Shown here one piece after another: positions 1 through 8,687 of a DNA stretch of 64,000 nt (positions are counted from its first letter, which is position 1; each line of letters opens with the position of its first letter). The stretch is taken from NCBI GenBank assembly GCA_964609565.1, contig CAZSSY010000003.1:11519-75518 (forward strand), given 5' to 3'. Origin of the DNA: an uncultured Natronomonas sp. (GTDB taxonomy: Archaea > Halobacteriota > Halobacteria > Halobacteriales > Haloarculaceae). Below the pieces are notes generated by a model. That model saw only the letters and a program-made list of their open reading frames with translations. It was not told the origin of the DNA and ran no database searches. The position numbers were made by a program, and so were the translations under genes.

Positions 1-85
1 ATCGTTCGCCCGAGGTACTGTGGTCGATTGACGCCATGACTTCACAATCGGAACTTCCCCCCGAGGTGGCCACATCCTGTGCCAT
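1..85 (-). CDS. Small haloarchaeal hypothetical protein, 5' part only (runs off the window start)
   Basis: ATG at 85 (-) reads MAQDVATSGGSSDCEVMASIDHSTSGER... with no stop before base 1; TATA-like TTATATA ~25 bp upstream; the EVMASID motif recalls a small conserved haloarchaeal family. Below the ORF-track cutoff. Confidence 0.55.
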   Translation of the reverse strand, partial: MAQDVATSGGSSDCEVMASIDHSTSGER

Positions 86-235
86 GCCCTTGCATAGTTA
101 GTATTGGGTATATAACGTTGGCGATGTGGTACCGTATCACAAACAAGAAGGACGATTCCGACTACACCCCCTCGATAGTGGACAGTTCCGCCGTGCGCTA
201 CACTGTTCCTGGCGAGTCTCGTATACCGGAATCCA

Positions 236-1924
236 TTATGTGAATTTGTATACCTGCATCTCCAGTGTATCGAGATCCAGGAGGGGCGCATAGCCGGTAT
301 CAGGATCGAGATTAACGCTTTTTTGAAAATCTGTTTGAGACTGCCAGCAGCCAGAATTGACAGCAACCACGTTCCGATATTGGCCTATTCCCAATTTGTG
401 GACGTGGCCGGTGTGAAAAACATCCGGGACCTCGTCAATAACCAGGTAATCCTGTTCTTCAGGCGACAAGCGGGTATGACCACCGAACTGCGGTGCGACA
501 TGCCGCTTTTTCAGGAGTTGGTACATGGCCTGGTGCGGATCGGCGTACGTTGCCAGGTCGTCAGGAAATTCAGCGATAATCTCATCAAGTGACACGCCAT
601 GGTACATGAGGATCGAGACATTCTCAATCGTCACAACGGCAGGATTACTGGCCACGTGGGCATCATGAGCGGTCAGAATATCCCGTAACTCTTCATCAAA
701 CCCCGGTTGAGGTTCGGCCAGACGGACGGCGTCGTGATTTCCGGGTATCATCACGATCTCCATATCGCCTGGCACGTCTTTGAGGTGCTCTGAAAATTCC
801 TCGTATTGGTCAAAAATGTCAACGATCTCTAATTGTGTGTCCTGGCCGGGATAGATGCCGACGCCTTCAACCATATCACCAGCGATTAAGAGATATTCGA
901 TGTTCGCAGCCTCGTCCGTATGCAGCCATGAACAGAACCGCTGCCACGCATCAGTCATAAACTCCTGGCTTCCAACATGGATATCGCTGATGAGTGCAGC
1001 TTGGACATGTCGATCCGCTGTCGAGGGCTCAAAGGTCCGCGGTATATTGGGGAACGAAAGGTCATCAACGAAGAGAATTTCCCCATCGTCTGCAAGGGTG
1101 CCTTCAACGCCGACAACTTCGTCCATCAAGAGTTGCGGGACCAGGTCAGCAATCGCTTTATCACGCATAATGAGGCACGGAAAGACACCAGTGGTATCTT
1201 CGAGTTCAATGAGCCAATGGCCTGACGTGGTTGATCGAATATCCGTAATCATCCCGATCATCCCGGCCTCTCCACCACCCGGCCTGGACTCTAACACACC
1301 AGCATTTCGGTGAGTGACGCGGCCATGAAGCATCCGCGACAACCGGTCATATCGATCACGGAATGTCTTGACGAAATCTTGATATTGACCGGTGCCTGTC
1401 GACTGGCCTGTCATATCATTGCTGATGGTAATCGCTTGGGCTGGAGAACTCGACTCCTGATTACCCGACCCCTCCGTTTCATCTGGAGGTTGCCCCTCCG
1501 TTGTCTGTGAGTCAGTGTCGGCAGTTGCAGTTGAAATGGAGGGGTTCGATATCGGTGGATTGTCTCCGCCGTCCCCCGAATTAAGGGGTTGTTCCTGTGG
1601 GCTTCTCACCGAGTCGTCTCGGGCACCCGAATCTGGCGGTGCTGGCGTCTCCCCATTCCTGACTTCAGCTACACTCGAATTGGTCCATGCGTCGCCATCA
1701 TGCGATCCATTCTCTCCCCGGTCACCACCAGTCTGATTATTGAGGACGGTGCGCACGTGGTCAGTCGAAAGTTTGAACGCGTCATCCGGCATTGCCTCGA
1801 CAGCCCGACGAAGCGCGTCACCCGAATCGTCTGTTTCTGTGAGTAGCGTGATTGCTTCTCGGTCAGCGGTGTATCCATGGTCGGCGAGTTCTTTGGCGAG
1901 ACGCGCTGACTCCTCAAGCGGCAC
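236..1924 (-). CDS. polD1: DNA polymerase D small subunit DP1 (3'-5' exonuclease)
   Basis: OB fold (GMITDIRSTTSGH..IELEDTTG) and calcineurin-like phosphoesterase motifs ISDIHVGS, AGDMVEG, PGNHD, YHG, TGHVH; acidic N-terminal linker. Confidence 0.97.
   Translation of the reverse strand: MPLEESARLAKELADHGYTADREAITLLTETDDSGDALRRAVEAMPDDAFKLSTDHVRTVLNNQTGGDRGENGSHDGDAWTNSSVAEVRNGETPAPPDSGARDDSVRSPQEQPLNSGDGGDNPPISNPSISTATADTDSQTTEGQPPDETEGSGNQESSSPAQAITISNDMTGQSTGTGQYQDFVKTFRDRYDRLSRMLHGRVTHRNAGVLESRPGGGEAGMIGMITDIRSTTSGHWLIELEDTTGVFPCLIMRDKAIADLVPQLLMDEVVGVEGTLADDGEILFVDDLSFPNIPRTFEPSTADRHVQAALISDIHVGSQEFMTDAWQRFCSWLHTDEAANIEYLLIAGDMVEGVGIYPGQDTQLEIVDIFDQYEEFSEHLKDVPGDMEIVMIPGNHDAVRLAEPQPGFDEELRDILTAHDAHVASNPAVVTIENVSILMYHGVSLDEIIAEFPDDLATYADPHQAMYQLLKKRHVAPQFGGHTRLSPEEQDYLVIDEVPDVFHTGHVHKLGIGQYRNVVAVNSGCWQSQTDFQKSVNLDPDTGYAPLLDLDTLEMQVYKFT
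1468..1545. promoter_or_regulatory. Inverted pair of ORB-like (origin recognition box) motifs inside polD1
   Basis: TCCAGATGAAACGGAGGGGT on - (1468-1487) and TGCAGTTGAAATGGAGGGGT on + (1526-1545), 17/20 identical. Both fit the archaeal ORB pattern TCCAnnnGAAAC plus a G-string. Extra half-site AACGGAGGGG on - at 1493-1502. Confidence 0.6.
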
Positions 1925-2002
1925 ATTTGCTCGAGGCTGCCCGCCGGCAAAAGCGTAGCGGACCCAGAACGTTCAAACCAACCCGGACGCTACGACGGTG
2001 CA

Positions 2003-3013
2003 ATGAACGATCGTGGGGACGGTGACCGCACTGACGAGCCGTCCACTGGCTTGTCTGACGATGATTCACGTGACCAGTCTTCTTCGCCCGCAGACGACAA
2101 CCCCACTGACGGACAGACAGATGCAGCATCTCGGTCGGATACATCTGTTTCAGACACCCACACGGGCCAAGCAGCATCAGAACGAACCGCAGCACAGCCG
2201 AATGAAAATGAATCGAAAGGTATTGTCGGCTGGATGTGGTGGTTCTGGAAGACCGATAAAGGAGCGGCTGTGTATGTACGCGATGTCATAACGAGCGTTG
2301 CTGCCGTGCTCCTCGTTGGCTTTCTCCTGTTTGCCGTCAGTGGAATCTGGCCGCCCATGGTGGCCGTGGAATCCGGGAGTATGGAGCCTAACATGAATGT
2401 CGGCGACCTCGTCTTTGTGGTCGACAACGAACGGTTTACACCTGATGAAGCTGTGATTCATGATGACCGCACAACAGGTGTCGTCCCGGCCAATCAAGCG
2501 GCCGACATCGGATACTCCGAATTCAACGGCTATGGCGATGTTATTGTCTTCATGCAGGACGGTCAGGCAGGACAAACACCGGTCATCCACCGCGCAATGC
2601 TCTGGGTTGACGCCGACGAAAACTGGTATGACCGCGCCGACCCAGCAGCAATTGGGTCCGCAGAGAACTGTGAAGCCTTGAATAATTGTCCGGCGCCCCA
2701 TGCCGGGTTTATCACACGTGGCGACAACAACGGGCGATATGATCAAGTCACCACGCTCTCAGCCCCCGTGAAACCAGAATGGATTATTGGAACTGCTGAG
2801 GTACGGATCCCCTATCTCGGCTACATCCGCCTGGCATTCTCGGGCCACATCACCCCTGACCTGGCAGGCGATATCCCCCAAGACAGCTTCACCTCCCCAT
2901 CCCACCCCCAGTCACATGCTGGCGACACTGCAACCCAGGCATGCTCGTGGTCTCACGGACTCGACGAACCAGATACTCCCCCATCAGGACAGATGCGAAG
3001 CTGCTCTCCATAA
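2003..3013 (+). CDS. sec11: Signal peptidase I (S26B, Sec11-type)
   Basis: TM helix, then VAVESGSMEP (catalytic Ser), GDVIVF, PVIHRA (His), FITRGDNN..D, IPYLGY. Confidence 0.93.
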   Translation: MNDRGDGDRTDEPSTGLSDDDSRDQSSSPADDNPTDGQTDAASRSDTSVSDTHTGQAASERTAAQPNENESKGIVGWMWWFWKTDKGAAVYVRDVITSVAAVLLVGFLLFAVSGIWPPMVAVESGSMEPNMNVGDLVFVVDNERFTPDEAVIHDDRTTGVVPANQAADIGYSEFNGYGDVIVFMQDGQAGQTPVIHRAMLWVDADENWYDRADPAAIGSAENCEALNNCPAPHAGFITRGDNNGRYDQVTTLSAPVKPEWIIGTAEVRIPYLGYIRLAFSGHITPDLAGDIPQDSFTSPSHPQSHAGDTATQACSWSHGLDEPDTPPSGQMRSCSP

Positions 3014-3105
3014 CAGCGCCAGCACTGGCGGTATCTGGACCCGGCAGTCGGGTGTGTTATTCGAGGAACGTCGGGAGAACTCCGATGACGTCAGCCGTGG
3101 GTAAC

Positions 3106-4548
3106 TTAATCTTGTGCCTGCTCGATCCAGTCGGCTGCGCGGGTCTCGGCCACCTCCGCATATTCAGCGATATCCGCAGGTTCGGCACTCGATAGATGAG
3201 CAATGGTTTCGATCCCATTCGCGCGGAGTCGCTCGGCATATGTCGGTCCAATGCCCGTTATTTTCTCTAAATCAGAACCTTCGGTACCAGCTGGATCCAC
3301 ATCTTCGGCTGGAATTTCGTCCGCAGCTTCGGCGGCAACTGCGTCTTGGATGGCGTTCGATGAGAGATCCTCCCGGTCAACATCAATTTCGCCGATCTCC
3401 AGTTGGCCGGTGGCTGTTTCGACGGCCTCTGTGACTGCAGCGAGGTGTTCAGGGTCGTCAGTCGATTTCTCGATATACCATTCCGCGACCCGTGGCCAGA
3501 CGTCCCGGTGACTTGAGCCGGAAACGGCCAGACCGATGTGGCCGGTGGGGTATTCAATTACTTCTGTATCGTCGCTGCCGACGACGTCATTGAAGGGGAT
3601 ACTTGATTGCGATGGGATGAGATGGTCGTATTCGCCGGTGATCTGGAGGATTGGCACATCGATCGTGGTGATATCGATAGGGGAGCCGCCGACCGATAAC
3701 TCATTTTTATAGAGCTTGTTGTCCTGGTAGATATCTTCCAAGAATTGCACGTACGTTTCACCGGCCACGTCTATGCCTTCGCCAAGCCAGCGTTCCATTC
3801 GAGCAAAATTCTCGACGAAGTCGTCATTCTCGAGATTGTCGTATAACCGGACGTATTTTGAGACGTAGTTTGCGACCGGATCCATGAGTGCGAACCCGAT
3901 ATCGAGCATCTCGGAAGGGACATTGCCGAACACGTCGGCGACATCTTGAGGGTTGTAATATTCCTTGTCACCCCACTCTTCGAGGACACCGCCGGTGTCG
4001 TCGAAACACAGACCTGCAGCCAATAACCCGAGGGTTCTGACTTTTTCCTGATGGAGGGCAGTATACATCACTGTCATCGTTCCACCCATGCAGTATCCTA
4101 AGATGTTAATCCGGTCTTTGCCGGATCGTTCGCGGACAACGTCAATGCAGTTGTCGATATATCGGTTGACGTAGTCGTCCAGTGTCAGATGTTGATCCAG
4201 TTTAGAGGGTTCATTCCAATCAATAAGGTATACATCATGCCCGGCCTCAAGCAGCCGGCGGACGACACTCCGATCCGGTTGAAGGTCTAAGATGAACGGT
4301 TTATTGATGAGGGCATAGACGATGAGGATTGGTGTCGTGTGTTGCTCGCTGGTCATCGCCTCATAATGGAGAAGCTCCAGTTTGTTTTCCGTATAAATAA
4401 CCTCGCTCGGCGTTTGCCCCACATCGATGTCTTGGAGTTTCTGTGATTGTTCGGCTGCGATCGAACTCTTCTTCGAATAGTCGACTGCCGAATCAAGAAA
4501 TTGGCGTTGCGTGTTGAGTGCGAAGGCAAATGGGTTGTTCGTACTCAT
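3106..4548 (-). CDS. phaC: Class III poly(3-hydroxyalkanoate) synthase subunit PhaC with C-terminal HhH domain
   Basis: [26 protein letters not shown], lipase-like box GYCMGG, D and GHIG catalytic motifs; C-terminal [16 protein letters not shown] HhH motif. Confidence 0.96.
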   Translation of the reverse strand: MSTNNPFAFALNTQRQFLDSAVDYSKKSSIAAEQSQKLQDIDVGQTPSEVIYTENKLELLHYEAMTSEQHTTPILIVYALINKPFILDLQPDRSVVRRLLEAGHDVYLIDWNEPSKLDQHLTLDDYVNRYIDNCIDVVRERSGKDRINILGYCMGGTMTVMYTALHQEKVRTLGLLAAGLCFDDTGGVLEEWGDKEYYNPQDVADVFGNVPSEMLDIGFALMDPVANYVSKYVRLYDNLENDDFVENFARMERWLGEGIDVAGETYVQFLEDIYQDNKLYKNELSVGGSPIDITTIDVPILQITGEYDHLIPSQSSIPFNDVVGSDDTEVIEYPTGHIGLAVSGSSHRDVWPRVAEWYIEKSTDDPEHLAAVTEAVETATGQLEIGEIDVDREDLSSNAIQDAVAAEAADEIPAEDVDPAGTEGSDLEKITGIGPTYAERLRANGIETIAHLSSAEPADIAEYAEVAETRAADWIEQAQD

Positions 4549-5090
4549 TCGAGTTCCTCGAGTACTTGATCAAGCTTGTCTTCGACCCGGTGTTGGCGTC
4601 GTTCGAGTTCAACCAGGCGTTCGCCTACTTCTTCGACTGTCGATTGGGTGGCCATGCCGAGTTGGTCGAGGGTGTCCTCGCTGATTGCATCGGTTTGTTC
4701 GCGAAGATCCATCATGGCGTTGACCAGTTGACCATTGGCAGCAGCGAACGCTGATGTACTCATGACCTGTTTGAAGGCTTCATTGGCGCTTTGTAACCAG
4801 ATGTCGCGAAATTCGGTAAATGCCACGTCTTTCCCTTCTGCGGCATCTATCGTTCGCTCATACATTTCCTCGGCAGCATCCATCCAGATATCATAGGCGT
4901 CGTTGTATCCTTCGACGCCTTCTGCTAGTTCGTTTTCGTCGGGGATTGATTGTTCCATTGCATCCGCCCACGATTCCATGAAGGCAGCACTTGCTTCCAT
5001 GTTTTGTTCGACGGATTTGGCAACAGCTTCATTCATATTCTCGGTTAATTCCGTCCATTGCTCCTGCATCTCTTCTGTCGCGTTACTCAT
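4545..5090 (-). CDS. phaE: PHA synthase subunit PhaE
   Basis: Overlaps the phaC start by 4 bp; [27 protein letters not shown] coiled coil; start placed at MSNATEE. Confidence 0.92.
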   Translation of the reverse strand: MSNATEEMQEQWTELTENMNEAVAKSVEQNMEASAAFMESWADAMEQSIPDENELAEGVEGYNDAYDIWMDAAEEMYERTIDAAEGKDVAFTEFRDIWLQSANEAFKQVMSTSAFAAANGQLVNAMMDLREQTDAISEDTLDQLGMATQSTVEEVGERLVELERRQHRVEDKLDQVLEELE

Positions 5091-5393
5091 GCCGGTCCTT
5101 ACTATTGAGGGGCGCCTGTAAAAGCCAGTCGTTTGAAACAACAAACGGGTAAACTGTTGTCACCCCGCCTGTGGGGTTGAGGACGGTGATATTGGTGGCG
5201 AGTGCTTGCGGGCGGTCGGCGTTCTCTGGCAGTGAGAGACGTAATGGCTGGTTGTTTATTTGCATCAGAACGTGTATGGGTTCCCGAGGGGCAGTATCAC
5301 GAGCGCCAGCGGGGGTAGTCGCTTGTCCAGGTGGTGTTCGATAGGCGCCAATAGTGTCACGGACTGATCGAGTGAGGGTGGTTGCTTCGAAGG

Positions 5394-5717
5394 TTATTCG
5401 TCGTCTCGGTTGCGTTTGACTGGTAGTACGACTGTCTGGACAATATCGCCTTCTTCGATGTCTAATGCTTCTCGTTCGGCGTCTGGAATGGATATTCGAC
5501 CACCGCTTTGCACCCGTGTTTTGAAGGTCGCCATTTGGCTCATCTGGCCGAGGTTGTCGGAGACATCTCCCAGATCTGGCGTGCTAGACATGGAGCCAAG
5601 GAACAGTTGTTGGAGGGCTTCTTGTTGTTTTTTTGTTGCTTGTTCTGATGTTTCTTGAACGGTCTTGAGGAGGTTTGGTGGCCATATGAGTCCATCTGGT
5701 CCGTCGTCGTCGGTCAT
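5394..5717 (-). CDS. phaR: AbrB/SpoVT-type regulator, haloarchaeal PhaR
   Basis: C-terminal AbrB motif FKTRVQSGGRISIPDAEREALDIEEGDIVQ, located in the pha cluster; TTTATTTATA box ~27 bp upstream of ATG 5717. Confidence 0.85.
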   Translation of the reverse strand: MTDDDGPDGLIWPPNLLKTVQETSEQATKKQQEALQQLFLGSMSSTPDLGDVSDNLGQMSQMATFKTRVQSGGRISIPDAEREALDIEEGDIVQTVVLPVKRNRDDE

Positions 5718-5855
5718 CGCGTGTGGCAACCCAGGAGGTCCGTATAAATAAACATTCGGCTGGATACCATGATGTACCATCCAGTGGTAATTACTTCCGT
5801 TGACTTCCTGAGTAGGCATCACGTTTTAGTATTGGCCGTCCGTAAGGCGTGTGAG

Positions 5856-6476
5856 ATGAGCCATAGCTCGTATCCGGCGCTGTTCGATACGTGGTCTGAA
5901 ACGTCGTCGCGGATGTGGAACAGCGTCATGGAGGCAAACCGGGCAGCCTTCACAGCTTTCGGAATCCCGGCCTCTACCCCCAATTCCGGGTCTGACCCGG
6001 ATACCAGCCCTCCAACCGATCGAGTCGCCCCAGCCAAAGATCTTCCCGAATGGGATGTCGAAATCGACGCCGACGAAGAGCTCGCCATCGGCGACGCAGT
6101 CAGTTTCAGTAAAACCCTCTCCGACGCCGATGTCGATCGATTTGCCGCCGCGTCCGGCGACACCAACCCACTCCATCTATCTGACGAAATCGCCGAAGAC
6201 ACTCGATTCAATGGCCGTATCGTCCATGGGACCCTGGCCGCCGGCCTCATCAGTGCTGCCCTCGCTCGCCTCCCCGGCGGCGTCGTCTACCTCTCACAGG
6301 ATCTCGAATTCCGCGCACCCGTTCGAATCGGCGACCGAATCTCCGCCCACGTAGAGGTCGTCGAAAATCTCGGCAGCGACCGCTACCGCCTTCGAACAAC
6401 CGTCAACAAACAAGACGACCTCGTAATCGATGGCGAAGCTGTTGTACTCATCGATACCCCACCAGGCGAAAGTTAA
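5856..6476 (+). CDS. phaJ: MaoC-family (R)-specific enoyl-CoA hydratase
   Basis: Hydratase motif FAAASGDTNPLH, IVHG, YLSQDLEFRAPV; divergent from phaR. Confidence 0.88.
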   Translation: MSHSSYPALFDTWSETSSRMWNSVMEANRAAFTAFGIPASTPNSGSDPDTSPPTDRVAPAKDLPEWDVEIDADEELAIGDAVSFSKTLSDADVDRFAAASGDTNPLHLSDEIAEDTRFNGRIVHGTLAAGLISAALARLPGGVVYLSQDLEFRAPVRIGDRISAHVEVVENLGSDRYRLRTTVNKQDDLVIDGEAVVLIDTPPGES

Positions 6477-7327
6477 AGAAATCCACCGACGGCCTGATTG
6501 AACTGTTCTGGAGCTTCTCGCGACGGCCAATGCCCACAGTTATCGAACACCGTCAATGACCCGTCGACCTTCGCTGCAGCCCGCTGTGACCACCGTATCG
6601 GCAGTAACGGATCGGCCTGTCCATGAATAAATAACGTTGGCACAGTGAGGCCATCAAGCTGATTAAGATAACAGGTCTTTAGGCCATCAAACCGGAATTC
6701 GCTCCGCTGCCAACTCGAGATTGTTCGGCCAACAGCTGGATCCTGAACCACGTCATACACATCCGTTACGAGACTCTCTGTTGGCGTACCGGCTGTCAAG
6801 TGCTGAAGATGCGACCGCACAGACTGCTTGGACGCCCCGATCGTGTGCCACCAGCTTCGATACATACCTGGCATATGGAGGAGCGTACTTGCTGCTGGCC
6901 GCCATGGTGCATCATGACCGAGCCCATAACTATCAACAAGAATTAACGAATCTATCTCGTTATCTAATGCATACCCCAATGCGACACTCCCGCCCATAGA
7001 TACGCCGACCAGAGGGGCTTTCTCAAGACTTAGCTCGGCAAGAAACCCCTGGAGAACCTCCTGAAAATACGTATTTGTGTATCGAATTGGTGGCCGATCG
7101 CTGTCGCCGTGGCCAGGGAAATCCAGTGCATAGACCCGGTGGTTTTCAGCAAGATATGGAAGTGTATGCCGCCATGAAATTTTCGCAGAGTCAAGCCCGA
7201 TTCCATGCAAAAGGACAACAGGTGGCCCACCGCCAGCGACATAGTAGTGGACCTCTGTCGGTTGACGGTACCGGCCATGGTCCACTTCCAGCGCAAGAGA
7301 CTGGGACGAACCTCCAGACAAATCCAT
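6473..7327 (-). CDS. Alpha/beta hydrolase
   Basis: VVLLHGIG, ALDFPGHGDS, nucleophile elbow GVSMGG, HGQADP (Asp), CGHW (His). Confidence 0.92.
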   Translation of the reverse strand: MDLSGGSSQSLALEVDHGRYRQPTEVHYYVAGGGPPVVLLHGIGLDSAKISWRHTLPYLAENHRVYALDFPGHGDSDRPPIRYTNTYFQEVLQGFLAELSLEKAPLVGVSMGGSVALGYALDNEIDSLILVDSYGLGHDAPWRPAASTLLHMPGMYRSWWHTIGASKQSVRSHLQHLTAGTPTESLVTDVYDVVQDPAVGRTISSWQRSEFRFDGLKTCYLNQLDGLTVPTLFIHGQADPLLPIRWSQRAAAKVDGSLTVFDNCGHWPSREAPEQFNQAVGGFL

Positions 7328-7415
7328 ATATACTACCTGGTTTTCACCAGCGGGTAAATCGTTGGCTTCCGGAAGACCCTACCGGGTCTCGTTGATGCGT
7401 TGATTACAGCGGATT

Positions 7416-8126
7416 TTACTCGTTGCCAGTGTCGCTGTCGGTATCTTCGGCCCCTGAATCTGTTTCTGCGGTTTCATCCGGGCGTTCACTCGCAGAGTCT
7501 TCGTCTCTTTGAGGAGTCACGGATAATTCGCCGGGCTCCTCCGCGATATCACGCGATGCATCTGCTTGTTGGTGCTCTTCGCGGTCATACTGTTCTACGG
7601 TTTCTTGGGGGGCAAATTCGTCTGATTCCGTTGTACTGGGCGTGAATTCATCACCAGGCTCTTTTCCTTCGGCGGCTGTTCCGGGCGGCGACTCCGGTGT
7701 TGAATCCATCTGGGCTGGTGTGTCATTCTCAAGGGATTCGGTATCGCGGGGTGTTGCGGTTTCATCGTCCCCCGCAATGTTTGTCCTGCTTTCGTTTATC
7801 GGGCGGTCTCGTTCTGGTATTGGCTCTCGGTTTCCTCCGGCGATGGTGGGGTCGGGTGTGGCGTCTGATACAGCCCGGAGCACGGCTTCTTTGACGTCCA
7901 TTGGCGTTTCGTATTCGTCGTCTTCTAACCGATCGAATACCGAGCCGAGTGATTCTGTTTCATTGGGGAGTTCTATTACTGTTTCACCGTATTGAGCGGC
8001 TAATTGTTCTGTATTGACTGGATATGCGTGTTCTTCGAGAGCGGGGTCGACGGTGTTGAGGATGTTTTCGATTGTCTCGGCCTGTTCGTGGCTCCGTTGC
8101 CGTGCGGAATCTTGCGGGTCATCCAT
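7416..8126 (-). CDS. Haloarchaeal hypothetical protein (DUF5789-like N-terminus, long acidic tail)
   Basis: YPVNTEQLAAQYGETVIELPNETESLGSVF motif typical of this family; acidic low-complexity C-terminus. Confidence 0.75.
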   Translation of the reverse strand: MDDPQDSARQRSHEQAETIENILNTVDPALEEHAYPVNTEQLAAQYGETVIELPNETESLGSVFDRLEDDEYETPMDVKEAVLRAVSDATPDPTIAGGNREPIPERDRPINESRTNIAGDDETATPRDTESLENDTPAQMDSTPESPPGTAAEGKEPGDEFTPSTTESDEFAPQETVEQYDREEHQQADASRDIAEEPGELSVTPQRDEDSASERPDETAETDSGAEDTDSDTGNE

Positions 8127-8180
8127 GTGTTGTCCACCAAACAACATTTTCACCTGGATAGGGAAAAGCCCGTGGCCAGC

Positions 8181-8687
8181 TCACCGCTCAACCACTAACA
8201 AAGCCACCCGCTCGAGAACGAGCGATTCAATCCCAAGCGCAGTCGACGACAGTTCACGACTCGAAATATCAAAGAAGTCCTGCACACGACCCCGATCGAA
8301 CGCACCGAGTGTGTCAGCAGGTTCCATGAGTTCCCGAACCGCGTGCGCTGCCCGCTTTTCCTCACCATCACCATCACAGAGGACAACAGCAGGCGTTTCC
8401 CGATCATGAATCCCGAGCTCCATCGCTTGGTCAATCTGCCGTCGACCAGCCGCATACAGCAATACTTCAACACCACGATCATCTGCAATACCTTCACCCT
8501 TCGCTCGTTCCCTATCAGCCAACACGAGCGCTCGCTCAAGGTGATGTCGAGACACAATATATCTCGAATTAAACGCCTGGATAGTCACATCGTAGCAGTT
8601 TCCAATCGATTCTAATTCCGTGATGACCGCCTGCACCGTCGGTAATTCAGCACTCCCGATTGGAAAATACCCCTCAATGAGTTCCAT
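8181..8687 (-). CDS. cgi121: KEOPS complex subunit Cgi121
   Basis: EVLLYAAGRRQIDQAMELG, LVLERVALL; overlaps the hel308 stop. Confidence 0.92.
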   Translation of the reverse strand: MELIEGYFPIGSAELPTVQAVITELESIGNCYDVTIQAFNSRYIVSRHHLERALVLADRERAKGEGIADDRGVEVLLYAAGRRQIDQAMELGIHDRETPAVVLCDGDGEEKRAAHAVRELMEPADTLGAFDRGRVQDFFDISSRELSSTALGIESLVLERVALLVVER

